From Myxococcota bacterium (lineage in GTDB: Bacteria; Myxococcota_A; UBA9042; PHBI01; JAWLBL01), in assembly GCA_041687695.1 (NCBI GenBank), contig JAWLBL010000026.1:65202-129201 (forward strand): 64,000 bases of DNA. The letters run 5' to 3'. Made by a program: the position numbers and the translations under genes. The notes under the pieces were generated by a model that ran no database searches, was not told the DNA's origin, and worked only from the letters and a program-made list of their open reading frames with translations. This document shows, one piece after another, positions 32,347 through 42,647 of this stretch; position 1 is the first letter of the stretch; each line of letters opens with the position of its first letter.

Positions 32347-35300
32347 TCAGCGCTGGCCGATGATCGTGTACAGGCGCTCGGCGCCGCGTTCGCCGTCGGT
32401 GAGCCAGTCGGACAGGCGCGTCAGGACCAGCGTCAGGTCGGCGGCGGACAGCGGCCCGTCCTGCAGGGGGTTGGCGCGCGCGATGGCTTCGATGGCCTCT
32501 TTGAGCGCCTTGTAGGGGGTGACGCCGACGACCTCCTCGGCCATGGCGTTGCGGACCAGGGCGCCGAAGACGTCGCCCGCGTCCTCGGCGCGCACCGCCA
32601 GCAGGCCCTCGGCGGCGCGGAAGAGGAGGCGCTCGTCCGGGTCGACCGCGCGGCCGACGAAGCGTAGCAGCGGGTCGGCGGTGTTCAGGTCGCTGCGGAT
32701 CTGGGTCATGACGCTGGCCACCTCGAGCAGGCCGCCGAAGAGGTCGGCCGAGGGGGCGACGGGCTCTTCGGCCAGGAAGGCGGCGACCAGGGCGTCGAGG
32801 CGGGCGCGCAGCGAGGCGTCGTCGCGGAGGCGCGCCAGCAGATCGAAGGTGGCCGCGAAGCCGCGCCCGGACAGGGCCTTGTTCGTGTCCTTCAGGAAGT
32901 CGTCCAGGGTCGCGGTCCAGTCGTCGGCGGTCACGGCGTCGACGGTGAGGTCGGCCAGGACCGGCAGGAGCCGGAGCACGACCTCGAGCGTGTGGCGGTT
33001 TCTCAGGCGCGGGCCCTTGGGCGAGTCCTCGAGGTCGAGGAAGTGGCCGGCGACGTCGGCGCGGTCCCAGGCGGCCTGGGCGTCCGGGTGCTCGGCCAGG
33101 GCGCGGTCGAGCCCATCGAGCGCCCACAGGAGGTGCTGCAGGCGGCTGGGGTTCTGCAGCAGCGTCTGGCCGTCGTTGGCGGGCAGCTTGGTCGCGCCGG
33201 CGGTGGTCGTGATGCGGACGTCGGTGGCGAGCAGCCAGCGCAGCAGGGCGTCGAGCTCGTCGCCGACGTTGACCACCTGGCCGTCGACCTCGAGCGTGGC
33301 CGCGTGGGCCCAGGCGAACAGTTCCAGGGCGTGCTCGAGCAGATCCGTCTCGTCGACCAGCCGGACCAGCGTGGGCTCGACCCGCCGGCCTGCCGTGCCG
33401 GCCGACTCGAAGCCGTTCTCGTCGCGGGCCGTCTCGCCCCAGTGCCGGGCCAGGACGAGCTGCAGCTGGACGAAGAGGTCGGCCTGGCCGGCCTCGACGA
33501 CCCGGGTGACCCAGGGCGTGACCGCGTCGAGCATCCCGGTCCGCTGCAGGGCAAAGAGCATCGGGCCCATGTGCTGGCGGACCTGGAACCCCTGCAGGCA
33601 CACCGGGTTGCCGACGATCTTCTGGTCGTGGTTCATGAACAGGTTCAGCTCGCGCGGGGTCAGGTGCAGGTCGTCGAACTCGTCGAGCATGGCGACGGCG
33701 GCGTCGTTGAGGAGCCCGTTGCCCATGTCCAGGACGGCCTGGCCGCCGATGGCGGTGACGTACAGGTGGGCCATCGACTCGGTGACCAGGAGGTCTTCCA
33801 GCGGGATCTCGTCGAAGAGCTTGAGCGCGACCGGCGCCCAGGCCGTGTCGTCGATGAGGGTCAGGAACTTCTGGAACAGGGACTGGCGCTCGGGGGCGAG
33901 GTCGTCCTGGTCCCACGGCACCTGGCCGACCAGCGGGAGGGCGTCGACGTCGGTCGGGGTCTTCAGGGCGTCGAGGGAGGAGGGCCAGGCGAGGTCGGTG
34001 TGGCGCATCATCGCGGCGAGCGCGTCGGGCAGGCCGTGGGTGGCCGGCTCGGTGGCGGCGGCGAGCAGGGCGCGGAGGAGGCCCTGCTCCGCCAGCTGCT
34101 CGAGCAGGGGGTGCAGCTCCTCGATGAGCAGGTGGCCCGGGGCGAGGCTGGGCGCGTCGGCGAAGATGGGGCGCGCCTTGGCCAGATCGAGGACCAGCGC
34201 GCGCACCAGGGGCTCGCGCTGGGTGGCGACGTGCTCGAGGGCGCGCAGCAGGGGGACGAGGCGCGGGTAGCGGCGCAGCTCGTTCGTGGCGTGGAGCAGC
34301 TCGAGCAGGGGCGTGCCCCAGACCTGGAAGCCCGAGTAGGTCCCGGCGGCGTCGCTGCGCTCGGCGCGCGGGCCGAGCAGGCCCTCGAAGGCGGTGAAGA
34401 GGTCGTAGTGGACGCCCGAGGCGAGCAGGGCCCGGACGTCGCGCAGGGCCCAGGCGAGGAGCGACTCGCGCGCGTCGAAGTAGGTGTAGACGAGCTGGCC
34501 GTCCAGGAAGGCGCGGCCGAGCTGGTCTCGGGTCTCGCCGGCGGTGGGGACGCCGTACACGGGCGGCAGGTCGAGCGGGGCCCCATCGGCGCCGGTCAGG
34601 CGGCCGAGCGGGTCGGCGTCGGGCGCGCCGTCGTCGTCGAGGTCGGCGAAGGGCGCGGGCAGGGCGCCTTCGGCGTCGCGGGTGACCAGGGGGGCGCCGC
34701 GGACGTCGAGCTGGGCGACCAGGGCGGGCGGGCCGGTGGGCTCGTCGAGGACCAGCAGGCGTTGCCAGAGCAGGCGCTGGAGCAGCTCGACCTCGAGCAG
34801 GCGGGGGCCGGTCGGGTCTGGCAGGGCCGCCCACTCGGCGTGCAGGTGGGTGAAGAGGGCGGTCAGCTGGGGCTCGAGGGCGAGCGTGAGGGACAGCAGC
34901 TCGGTGGTGAGGGGGACGGGGTGGCGGGCGAGGCGGCCGACGAGGCGCTCGACGGCGTCGGTGTGGGCGCCGGGGGCGTCGAGGAGCTTGGCGAGGGCGG
35001 CGACGGCGCCGGGGTCGGCCGTGAGCTTGCGGAGGAGGGCGGCCGTGTCGCGGGTCAGCGAGGGGATGAAGCCGGGCAGGTCGCCCGGGCGCGGCGCGTA
35101 CAGCGGCAGCAGGCGCTCGAGCAGGGGGAGCATGGCGTCGTCGACGGGAGGGGCGACCAGGGCGTTGAGGGCCCAGACGGTGGCCTCCTTGCGCTGGGTC
35201 AGGGCGGCGGCGCGGGTGGCGCCGGTCACCGGGTCGCCCGACCACAGGGCCTCGTCGTGCAGCACGCCGAACATCTCGGTGCCGAAGTCGGCGTAGGTGC

Positions 35301-35388
35301 GGCGCGTGGTGGTGTCGAGCGGCGCGTCGCAGGCGGCGGCCGCGGTGGCGGCGAGGGCCGCGAGGGCGACGAGGGGAGGGCGCGGCAT
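32347..35388 (-). CDS. Large helical lipoprotein (1013 aa), function unknown
   Basis: Signal with lipobox AAAC; Leu-rich amphipathic helices; DLDDDGAPD Ca-loop-like motif; starts 2 bp after the stop of the FadL-like gene. Confidence 0.8.
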   Translation of the reverse strand: MPRPPLVALAALAATAAAACDAPLDTTTRRTYADFGTEMFGVLHDEALWSGDPVTGATRAAALTQRKEATVWALNALVAPPVDDAMLPLLERLLPLYAPRPGDLPGFIPSLTRDTAALLRKLTADPGAVAALAKLLDAPGAHTDAVERLVGRLARHPVPLTTELLSLTLALEPQLTALFTHLHAEWAALPDPTGPRLLEVELLQRLLWQRLLVLDEPTGPPALVAQLDVRGAPLVTRDAEGALPAPFADLDDDGAPDADPLGRLTGADGAPLDLPPVYGVPTAGETRDQLGRAFLDGQLVYTYFDARESLLAWALRDVRALLASGVHYDLFTAFEGLLGPRAERSDAAGTYSGFQVWGTPLLELLHATNELRRYPRLVPLLRALEHVATQREPLVRALVLDLAKARPIFADAPSLAPGHLLIEELHPLLEQLAEQGLLRALLAAATEPATHGLPDALAAMMRHTDLAWPSSLDALKTPTDVDALPLVGQVPWDQDDLAPERQSLFQKFLTLIDDTAWAPVALKLFDEIPLEDLLVTESMAHLYVTAIGGQAVLDMGNGLLNDAAVAMLDEFDDLHLTPRELNLFMNHDQKIVGNPVCLQGFQVRQHMGPMLFALQRTGMLDAVTPWVTRVVEAGQADLFVQLQLVLARHWGETARDENGFESAGTAGRRVEPTLVRLVDETDLLEHALELFAWAHAATLEVDGQVVNVGDELDALLRWLLATDVRITTTAGATKLPANDGQTLLQNPSRLQHLLWALDGLDRALAEHPDAQAAWDRADVAGHFLDLEDSPKGPRLRNRHTLEVVLRLLPVLADLTVDAVTADDWTATLDDFLKDTNKALSGRGFAATFDLLARLRDDASLRARLDALVAAFLAEEPVAPSADLFGGLLEVASVMTQIRSDLNTADPLLRFVGRAVDPDERLLFRAAEGLLAVRAEDAGDVFGALVRNAMAEEVVGVTPYKALKEAIEAIARANPLQDGPLSAADLTLVLTRLSDWLTDGERGAERLYTIIGQR

Positions 35389-35390
35389 GG

Positions 35391-36794
35391 TCAGAGGCTC
35401 CCGGAGGCGCTGAGCGCGAAGATGGCGTGGGTCGACTGGTACAGCCCGTCGCCGACGACGTTGGGGCCGCCCTCTCCGTAGGGGCCGGCGTCGGCGTCGT
35501 AGAGCGGGTTGACCTGGGTCTTTTCGCTGTTGGTGACCAGGCGGTCCTGCTGGCGGACGACGGCGGCCGCGGCGTCGAACGAGAAGCGGCCGACGCGCCA
35601 GGTCAGGCCGAGGCCGGCGCCGACCTTGTCGTTGTCGACCAGCAGCACGCTGGCCGTCCGGTCCGGCGGGGCCCCGGTCTCGAAGTACACGCCGGAGCGG
35701 ACGGTGAGGTCGGTCAGCGGGCTCCACGAGCCGCCCACGCGCAGCGACCAGGTGTCGCGGTAGTCCTGGCGCAGGGCGAAGGGGCGCACGGTGTAGGTGC
35801 CGATGCCGGGGACGTTGTCGAACTGGATGCCGCCCGGGCCGGGGCGGATGGCGATCTCCTCCTGCCGGCTCCAGGTCTCGTAGACGGCGGCCAGCTCGAA
35901 GTCCCATTGGTCGTCCTGGACGACGCGCAGGCCGACGCGGGCGATGGCTGGGAAGTCGAGGGTCGCCTCGATGGCGTCGCCGCGCGCGACGACGTCCTTG
36001 AAGTAGAAGTGGTCGGGGACGCGCAGGCGCAGGGTGCCCTCGGGCTCGGCGCGGACGGGCAGCTGCAGGCTGGCGCCGAGCTCGAGGCGGGGCAGCAGGC
36101 GATAGAGGACGCCGAAGTTGGCGGCCGGCGTGAAGAGATCGCTCATCGCGACCTCGGTCGGCACGTCGAGGTCGCGCTGCTCGGCCCAGCCGAAGACGCC
36201 GGGGTAGGCCGAGATGGCGAGGCGCTGGCGCAGGTCGACGCTGACGGCCTGCAGGCCCACGCCGACCGACAGGTCGTCCGACAGCTTCAGGGCGAGCGAG
36301 AGCTGGCTGTAGACGGCGAGGGCCTGCAGGCGGATGAGCGAGTAGCGCTGCTCGCCGTCGTCGGGCCACTGCTGGCCGCCGGCGTAGGGGCCGTAGACGC
36401 CGAGGGCCACGACCAGGAAGTCGGTGCCGAAGTCGGAGGCGAGGGCGAGCGACGGGTCGGGGAACAGGGGCGCGGTGTTCTCGACGCCGGGGAAGCCGCT
36501 GGCGTAGCGCGGGTCCTTGCGCATGACCTCGTCGTCGTCGGCGCGCTCGAAGCGCTGGTCGGTGTGGATGAGGCCGAGGTCGACGTAGAAGGACAGGCGG
36601 CCGCGCAGGCGGGTGAGGGCGGCCGGGTTGAGCCACTGGGCGTTGAGGGTGTCGACCGAGGCGACGGAGGCGCCGCCGCGGCCGAGCTCGCGGGCGCCGC
36701 GCTCGGGGATGAAGAAGCCGCCAGCCTGGGCGGCCGGGGCCAGCGCCAGGGCGGCGGCGAACGCCGTCGGGGCGAGCAGGCGGGCGAGCGGCAT
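35391..36794 (-). CDS. Outer-membrane transport protein, FadL/OmpP1/TodX family
   Basis: Signal peptide, GGF..E.GARELGRGGA start, NPAAL hatch motif, YRDTWSLRVG, beta-barrel strand pattern. Confidence 0.88.
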   Translation of the reverse strand: MPLARLLAPTAFAAALALAPAAQAGGFFIPERGARELGRGGASVASVDTLNAQWLNPAALTRLRGRLSFYVDLGLIHTDQRFERADDDEVMRKDPRYASGFPGVENTAPLFPDPSLALASDFGTDFLVVALGVYGPYAGGQQWPDDGEQRYSLIRLQALAVYSQLSLALKLSDDLSVGVGLQAVSVDLRQRLAISAYPGVFGWAEQRDLDVPTEVAMSDLFTPAANFGVLYRLLPRLELGASLQLPVRAEPEGTLRLRVPDHFYFKDVVARGDAIEATLDFPAIARVGLRVVQDDQWDFELAAVYETWSRQEEIAIRPGPGGIQFDNVPGIGTYTVRPFALRQDYRDTWSLRVGGSWSPLTDLTVRSGVYFETGAPPDRTASVLLVDNDKVGAGLGLTWRVGRFSFDAAAAVVRQQDRLVTNSEKTQVNPLYDADAGPYGEGGPNVVGDGLYQSTHAIFALSASGSL

Positions 36795-36955
36795 GCGGAG
36801 GCTCCCAGGCCGAGGGGAGCCTGGATGGTGCCCCAGCCGGGGCGCCCGCGGCAACGGGGCGAGCGCGCCGGCGGAGGGCGGGCCTTGCGCCGGCGGCGGG
36901 GCTGTGGCGAGATCGCGCGCGTCGAACGGGCCGGGGACGGCCGGAGGAGGGCGAG

Positions 36956-37645
36956 ATGATCGTGGTGGCGTCGGTCGTCGAGGGCGCCATCACGGGCGCC
37001 GTGGTGGGGCTCGTGGTGTCGCTGGCGATGATTTGGCATCGGGCGCGGTGGGCCAAGCGGTTCCTGGCGGCGCTCGAGGGCAGCGGGGCGGGGCCGGCGC
37101 GGGTGCTGCTGGACCAGGGGCGCCCGGCGGCGGCGAAGTTGTCGCTGGGCAAGCTCCTGTCGTCGCGCGAGCGCATGGCCGGGCTGACGCTGCTGGGGGA
37201 CGTCGAGGCGCTGCGGGCCGAGGTGGCGGGGCACACGGGGCCGCTGACGGCGGTGGTGCAGGTCGGGGCCGTGGGGCTGCTGGGGCTGACGCTGCGGGGA
37301 AGCGACCGGGCGGCGGCGGCGCGGGAGCTGGACGCGCTGGCCACGCGCATGGAGACCGAGGGCGGCGCGATGATGAAGCTGGTCAAGCAGCAGACACGCG
37401 CCCTGGCGACCCTGGCCCGGTGCGTCGCGGACGGGCGGCCGGTGCCGCAGGAGATCCACGGGACGGTGGGCGCCCTGGCCAAGAACGGCAAGCTGGTCGA
37501 GGCGGTGGTCTACCAGGCCGTCCTCGAGGCCACGCGGGCGGCGGGGGGCGACCCCCGAGGGCTGGAGGCCAAGGTGAGGGGCATCACGACGGCCTTCGAC
37601 GGCCACGTCGAGGCCGTCGCGCACCCGGCGGCGGGCGAGCTATGA
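36956..37645 (+). CDS. Hypothetical protein with N-terminal TM helix
   Basis: RBS GGAGGAGG; normal codon usage. Confidence 0.7.
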   Translation: MIVVASVVEGAITGAVVGLVVSLAMIWHRARWAKRFLAALEGSGAGPARVLLDQGRPAAAKLSLGKLLSSRERMAGLTLLGDVEALRAEVAGHTGPLTAVVQVGAVGLLGLTLRGSDRAAAARELDALATRMETEGGAMMKLVKQQTRALATLARCVADGRPVPQEIHGTVGALAKNGKLVEAVVYQAVLEATRAAGGDPRGLEAKVRGITTAFDGHVEAVAHPAAGEL

Positions 37646-37832
37646 TCGCAAGTTTGCGGATTGATTGAAATTCTGACTTGATGGGGCGGTGTTTGTCGGG
37701 AGCCGGGGCCGCCACGCCTCGGCCCGGGGCGTCCCCTGATGTGGACGAGTCCGTTCCACCCCCTCCCAAGCGAATGCACCCGCGAGGTCTATTCAAATGA
37801 CAGTAGCGTCTGCAGTAGCGCGGCTCAGGTCG

Positions 37833-38663
37833 ATGGTCCGTACGGAGCGTTTCTGGCTGTGCCTTCTCATCGGAATCTCCCTGTCCACCAGCGTCGCGGC
37901 GAGCCACTGGTATCGCGGTGAGGACCCCGCCGCGCGCGGCCTCGGCGCCACCGCCGCCGGCGTCCTGCTCTCCCTGCCCTCCGAGTCCAGCCCCGCGCCC
38001 CTTTCGCCGACGGGCACCGCCCCCGCGAACCTCGCCGGCCAGCCGCGGCTGCCCGCCTGGATCGACGCGACCCTGCGCTCGGCCCCGACGCCGCTCGCCG
38101 TCACCCCCGAGATCGCCTCGGCCCTGACCGAGCTCGACGCCGTCGTCGCCGCGGACCGCAAGAAGGCCGCCGAGGCCAAGGCCCGAAAGGCCGCCGCGAG
38201 GCGCGACTTCGACATGAACCCGGGCGTCACCCTGGCCCCGCGCATCGAGGCCAAGGTCGCCGCCATCGCCAAGATCTACCGCGCCAAGACGGGCAAGCGG
38301 CTCCTCGTGACCAGCGGCACCCGCTCGGCGTTCTCGCAGGCGCGCGCCATGCACAACAAGCTGCGCCTCGGCGACAACGTCCTCGGCCTGTACCGCAACA
38401 AGGGCGCCGTCCGCGAGATCCTCGCCGCCTACAAGCGCGGCTCCGGCTCGGCCGTCGAGCGCATGGCCAACGTCATCCGTTCGCAGACCGAGCGCGGCGT
38501 GTACATCTCGCGCCACCTGCGCGCCGGCGCGGTGGATCTTCGCAGCCGCGGCCTGACCGCCAGCGACAAACGCGCGCTCCGCGAGGCCGTGCGACAGGTC
38601 GGCGGGGTCAGCAACTTCCTCGAGGAGTCCAAGCCGCCGCACTTCCACCTCGAGTTCAACTGA
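37833..38663 (+). CDS. Secreted/anchored peptidase M15-like protein (Hedgehog/DD-peptidase fold)
   Basis: VTSGTRS...Q, SRHLRAGAVD (SxH-x6-D) and PPHFH zinc-ligand motifs; alternative start at 37797. Confidence 0.7.
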   Translation: MVRTERFWLCLLIGISLSTSVAASHWYRGEDPAARGLGATAAGVLLSLPSESSPAPLSPTGTAPANLAGQPRLPAWIDATLRSAPTPLAVTPEIASALTELDAVVAADRKKAAEAKARKAAARRDFDMNPGVTLAPRIEAKVAAIAKIYRAKTGKRLLVTSGTRSAFSQARAMHNKLRLGDNVLGLYRNKGAVREILAAYKRGSGSAVERMANVIRSQTERGVYISRHLRAGAVDLRSRGLTASDKRALREAVRQVGGVSNFLEESKPPHFHLEFN

Positions 38664-38702
38664 CGCCGGCACGTCGCGTTCGACTGACGCCGGCACGTCG
38701 CG
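38655..38702. repeat. 24-bp tandem duplication covering the stop codon of the M15-like gene
   Basis: TTCAACTGACGCCGGCACGTCGCG followed by TTCGACTGACGCCGGCACGTCGCG (1 mismatch). Confidence 0.85.
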
Positions 38703-38869
38703 CCCACGTACCCGGGCACGACGCGACCGACACCGCCGGCCGGGCGTCCGCGGGCTCCCCTGCTTGCCCCCGTGACGCCGGCCCACCTGCGCCGGACCCC
38801 GTCCGCCTTGAGTCGACGGGGCCCGAGTGCTAATGCTCTCCGGCTCGGTAAGCGCATCGAGGGAGAGCC

Positions 38870-41083
38870 ATGCCCCATCCACGTCGTCTCACGTCCGGCG
38901 CGTCGCGCCTCGCCACCGCTGGCGCCCTGCTAGCCTGGACGCTGGCGTCCACGGGCTGCTCGTCCCCCGGCGGCGACGGAGGCGGCGACGTCTTCTGGCC
39001 TGGCTCCGACACGATCCAGATCGGTGACCAGATCGGGTCGGACTCGGGGCCGGGGGGCGACGCCACCACGGGCGACACTGCGTCGGGCAAGTGCGAGACC
39101 GCCGCCGACTGCCCGCCGAGCAGCCCCCACTGCGCCGAGTCCGGGCTGTGCTTCGCGTGCCTGACGGCCGGCCACTGCCCGGAGGGGCAGGTCTGCGACG
39201 GCGGGGCCTGCATCCCGGCGTCGTGCACGGCCGGCGAGTCGATCTGCAACGGCAACAAGCAGATGACCTGCAAGGCCGACGGCAGCGGGTGGGACGCCTT
39301 CGACTGCGGCGGCGGGACCTGCGTCGGCGGCGCGTGCACCGGCTGCGAGGCCGGCAAGAAGGTGTGCTCGGGCCTGACGGTCCGCCAGTGCAAGGAGGAC
39401 GGGTCCGGCTTCGTCGAGGTCGAGACCTGCTCGGACGAGCAGAAGTGCCTCAACGGCGCCTGCGTGACCTGCTACCCGGGCGCGCTCCAGTGCGCGGGGA
39501 ACTTCGTCCAGCGGTGCGACGCCAACGGCGTGTGGAAGAACGAGCAGGACTGCAACGCCAGCGGCGAGAACTGCGCCGTCGGCAAGTGCGTCTCGGCCTG
39601 CTTCAGCGACCCCAAGTACGCCTCCAACACGGGCTGCGACTACTGGGCCGTCGACATGGACAACCACTACGACGCCAACAACGGCCCGTTCGCGGTGGTG
39701 ATCGCCAACCTGTCGGACAAGGCCAGCGACGTCAGCATCGTCACCAAGGACAGCATGACCGCCCCGTCGGCCCAGGTCGCCAAGAAGACCGTGCAGCCGG
39801 GCACCCTCGAGATCTTCGACCTGCCCCAGCGCAACATGGCCATCCCGGGCCTGCACTGGAGCGCCTTCCGCATCCAGGCCACGGCGCCCATCGTCGCCTA
39901 CCAGTTCAACCCGCTCGAGAACGTCGACGTCTTCTCGAACGACGCGTCGCTGCTCATCCCGGCCAACACCTTCGGCACCGAGTACATCGCCATGAGCCGC
40001 TTCGAGCTGCTCGGCGGCGGGCCCAACGACACCGCGATCCCCTACCGCGGGGCCATCAGCGTCGTCGCCTCCAAGGAGAACACGACCGTCTCGGTGACGC
40101 CGACCATCAAGACCCAGGCGGGCGGCGGCATCCAGACCATGTCGCCGGGCCAGACCTACACCTACACCCTGCAGCCCTTCCAGGTGCTCAACATCAAGTC
40201 CGACCAGAACGGCGGAGATCTGACCGGCACCGAGATCACGGCTGACAAGCCGGTGGCCGTCTTCTCGGGCCACGAGGCGGCCGTGACGAGCGACCGCTGC
40301 TGCGCCGACCACCTCGAGCAGCAGCTCTTCCCGCTCAACACCTGGGGCAAGACCTACATCGCCGCCAAGAGCTTCCCCCGCGGCAAGGAGAAGGACTACT
40401 GGCGCATCGTCGCCAGCGTCGACGGCACGGTGGTCACGTTCGAGCCGGCCTCGGTCAGCGGCCCCAAGACCCTGAACCGCGGCGAGTACTTCGAGCTGGC
40501 CACGACGGCCGACTTCCGCATCACCGCCACCGAGCCGATCATGGTGGGGCAGATCCTGGCCAGCTCGCAGGAGATCGTCGAGCCCGACCCCAGCCTGCCC
40601 TGCGCGTCCAACGCCCAGTGCCCCACCGGCTACGAGTGCGGCATGGCGTCGGACTTCACGCAGCGCTGCTTCGCGCCGCTGTGCAACGGCGCCGGCAGCA
40701 GCTGCCCCTCGGGCCACGTCTGCGCCTACTACGCGAGCGCGGCGCTGTGGTCCTGCAGCCCGGTGGGCGACCCGGCCCTCATCCTGGCCGCCCCCATCGA
40801 GCAGTTCCGGACCGAGTACGTCTTCCTGTCGCCCAACAAGTACCTGCAGGACTTCGTGAACATCATCGCGCCGAGCGACGCCTTCGTGACCCTGGACGGC
40901 CTGGCCATCCCGGGGGGCAACTGGGTCGCCATCCCGGGCACCGGCTACAAGGTGGCGCGCCTCAAGGTCGCCGACGGCATCCACCGGGTGCTGGCCGACA
41001 AGGAGGTCGGCGTCATCGCCTACGGCTACGACAAGGACGTGTCCTACGGCTACGCGGCCGGGCTGAACCTGTCGGATCTCTGA
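38870..41083 (+). CDS. IgGFc-binding-domain lipoprotein with Cys-rich repeats
   Basis: Lipobox STGC; Cys-rich repeats; GCDYWAVD, YQFNPL, SNDASLL, ADKPVAVFSG, DHLEQQL, GDPAL, SYGYAAG motifs. Confidence 0.88.
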   Translation: MPHPRRLTSGASRLATAGALLAWTLASTGCSSPGGDGGGDVFWPGSDTIQIGDQIGSDSGPGGDATTGDTASGKCETAADCPPSSPHCAESGLCFACLTAGHCPEGQVCDGGACIPASCTAGESICNGNKQMTCKADGSGWDAFDCGGGTCVGGACTGCEAGKKVCSGLTVRQCKEDGSGFVEVETCSDEQKCLNGACVTCYPGALQCAGNFVQRCDANGVWKNEQDCNASGENCAVGKCVSACFSDPKYASNTGCDYWAVDMDNHYDANNGPFAVVIANLSDKASDVSIVTKDSMTAPSAQVAKKTVQPGTLEIFDLPQRNMAIPGLHWSAFRIQATAPIVAYQFNPLENVDVFSNDASLLIPANTFGTEYIAMSRFELLGGGPNDTAIPYRGAISVVASKENTTVSVTPTIKTQAGGGIQTMSPGQTYTYTLQPFQVLNIKSDQNGGDLTGTEITADKPVAVFSGHEAAVTSDRCCADHLEQQLFPLNTWGKTYIAAKSFPRGKEKDYWRIVASVDGTVVTFEPASVSGPKTLNRGEYFELATTADFRITATEPIMVGQILASSQEIVEPDPSLPCASNAQCPTGYECGMASDFTQRCFAPLCNGAGSSCPSGHVCAYYASAALWSCSPVGDPALILAAPIEQFRTEYVFLSPNKYLQDFVNIIAPSDAFVTLDGLAIPGGNWVAIPGTGYKVARLKVADGIHRVLADKEVGVIAYGYDKDVSYGYAAGLNLSDL

Positions 41084-41087
41084 CGGC

Positions 41088-42470
41088 TCAGGGCGCGGTC
41101 GCCTCGGAGGCGGCCGCGGTCGGCGGGCCCGGGACGAAGACCGGGACCAGCAGGGGGCCGGCCACGTCGCGGCCGTCGGCGTCGAACAGCCACCACTCGC
41201 CCTGGTACAGGCCGGGCACCGTCGGCGCGACCAGCTGCAGCTCGACGGCCGCCGCCTGGAAGCGCGGCGTGCAGGGCACGGCGGCCGCGGCGCCGCCGAA
41301 GGCCGGGCTGGTGGTCGGGCGCAGCTCGTAGCCGAACCAATTGGTCGAGCCGATGTTGGCGAGGGTCAGCGTCACCGTGAACGGCTGGCCGGCGGGCACG
41401 ACCTGCACGTCGTGGTCGTCCGGGCCGGGGGCCAGCGCGTCGAAGAGGATGAACGACTCGCCGGCGAAGGGGGTGGCCGGGCCCAGGCCGTAGCGCGCGG
41501 CGAGCAGCTCCTCGGTGTTGAGGTCGCAGCGGCGCATCGCGTCGGCCGCCTCGACGCCGACGAAGCGCCAGTGCCAGGGCTCCCAGACGTACTGGGTGGT
41601 CGCGACCTTGTCGTGGCCGTAGGTCATGACGACGCCGAAGCGGTGGGCGTTGTCGATGACCCACTGCATCTGCGGGCTGGAGGCCATCTCGAAAGCCGTG
41701 TCCTGGCCGAAGCGCGAGATGGTGCCGTCGTCCGACTGGTAGACGAGGTCGGCGGTCGTGCCGAGCTGGTGCTCGGAGTGGCCCGGGTGGGCCGAGTAGG
41801 TCGAGGCGGCGAGGTGGGCGTCGTCCGGGTCGAGGCCGGCGCGCAGCTCGTCGTCCACGTGGGCGGCGTAGATGGCGGCCTGCGTGGCGTACGAGCGGTA
41901 GCCGCTGGCGATGTACAGGGCGATGCCTTGCTCGGCGGCGGCGTCGAACAGGGCGCGGAAGCCCACCATGCCGTCGTGGCCGACCGGGCGGCCGTCGGAG
42001 GTGGTCGACAGGTCCGAGGGCGCCGGCGAGTGCCAGGCGACCTGGCGTAGGCGCACCGAGCGGGTGGCGTAGCGCGCGGGGACGTGGACCAGGTCGTGGT
42101 CGGCGCCGGGCCAGTCGGGCGGCAGGCCGTGCTCGCGGTTGACGTGGTAGAGGAGATCCGCCGGATCCGTGGGGGCCGGGGCGCCGTCGTGCAAGAGCGG
42201 CGCGTCGCAGGCGGCGAGGCGCGTCAGCAGATCGCAGGCCCAGTCGGCCGAGCGCGGGACGTGCGGGTGCGGGGCGGTCTCATCGGCGGTGGGCTCGGGA
42301 GGCGGCGGCGGGTCGTCCGCGAGATCGTCCGAGGCGCCGGCGGCTACGTCGGCCGGCAGCTCGGGGTCCTGCGCCGCCTGAGGGCTCTTGGCGGTGGCCG
42401 TGTCGCAGCCGGCGCCGGCGATCGTCACCGCCAATGCCAGGCCGAGAGCCCCTGCGCGCGCTGTCGTCAT
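41088..42470 (-). CDS. D-Ala-D-Ala carboxypeptidase, M15B/VanY family, lipoprotein with C-terminal NBR1-like Ig domain
   Basis: Lipobox GAGC; SGYRSY..Q, SEHQLGTTAD and EPWHWRFVG motifs; C-terminal NIGSTNW...APTVPGLYQGEW. Confidence 0.88.
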   Translation of the reverse strand: MTTARAGALGLALAVTIAGAGCDTATAKSPQAAQDPELPADVAAGASDDLADDPPPPPEPTADETAPHPHVPRSADWACDLLTRLAACDAPLLHDGAPAPTDPADLLYHVNREHGLPPDWPGADHDLVHVPARYATRSVRLRQVAWHSPAPSDLSTTSDGRPVGHDGMVGFRALFDAAAEQGIALYIASGYRSYATQAAIYAAHVDDELRAGLDPDDAHLAASTYSAHPGHSEHQLGTTADLVYQSDDGTISRFGQDTAFEMASSPQMQWVIDNAHRFGVVMTYGHDKVATTQYVWEPWHWRFVGVEAADAMRRCDLNTEELLAARYGLGPATPFAGESFILFDALAPGPDDHDVQVVPAGQPFTVTLTLANIGSTNWFGYELRPTTSPAFGGAAAAVPCTPRFQAAAVELQLVAPTVPGLYQGEWWLFDADGRDVAGPLLVPVFVPGPPTAAASEATAP

Positions 42471-42647
42471 CGATTCGGACCCTCTCCCGGGCGTGATGAT
42501 ACCTCTGTCGTAATCACCTTCGTCCCGGGATTCATCCAAGGCGCCTGAAATCGAAGCCGCGCCGGCGGCCGCTTGGGCTGGTCCACCGGGGGCCGAAGGG
42601 GCTCGGGGCGGTCGGCGACCGTTTGGAAGGGGCACCAGGCCGGCGGG

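Noticed and set aside
37730..37770. Hammerhead-like CTGATG start
   Set aside because: Lacks the CUGANGA/GAAA core and the supporting stems
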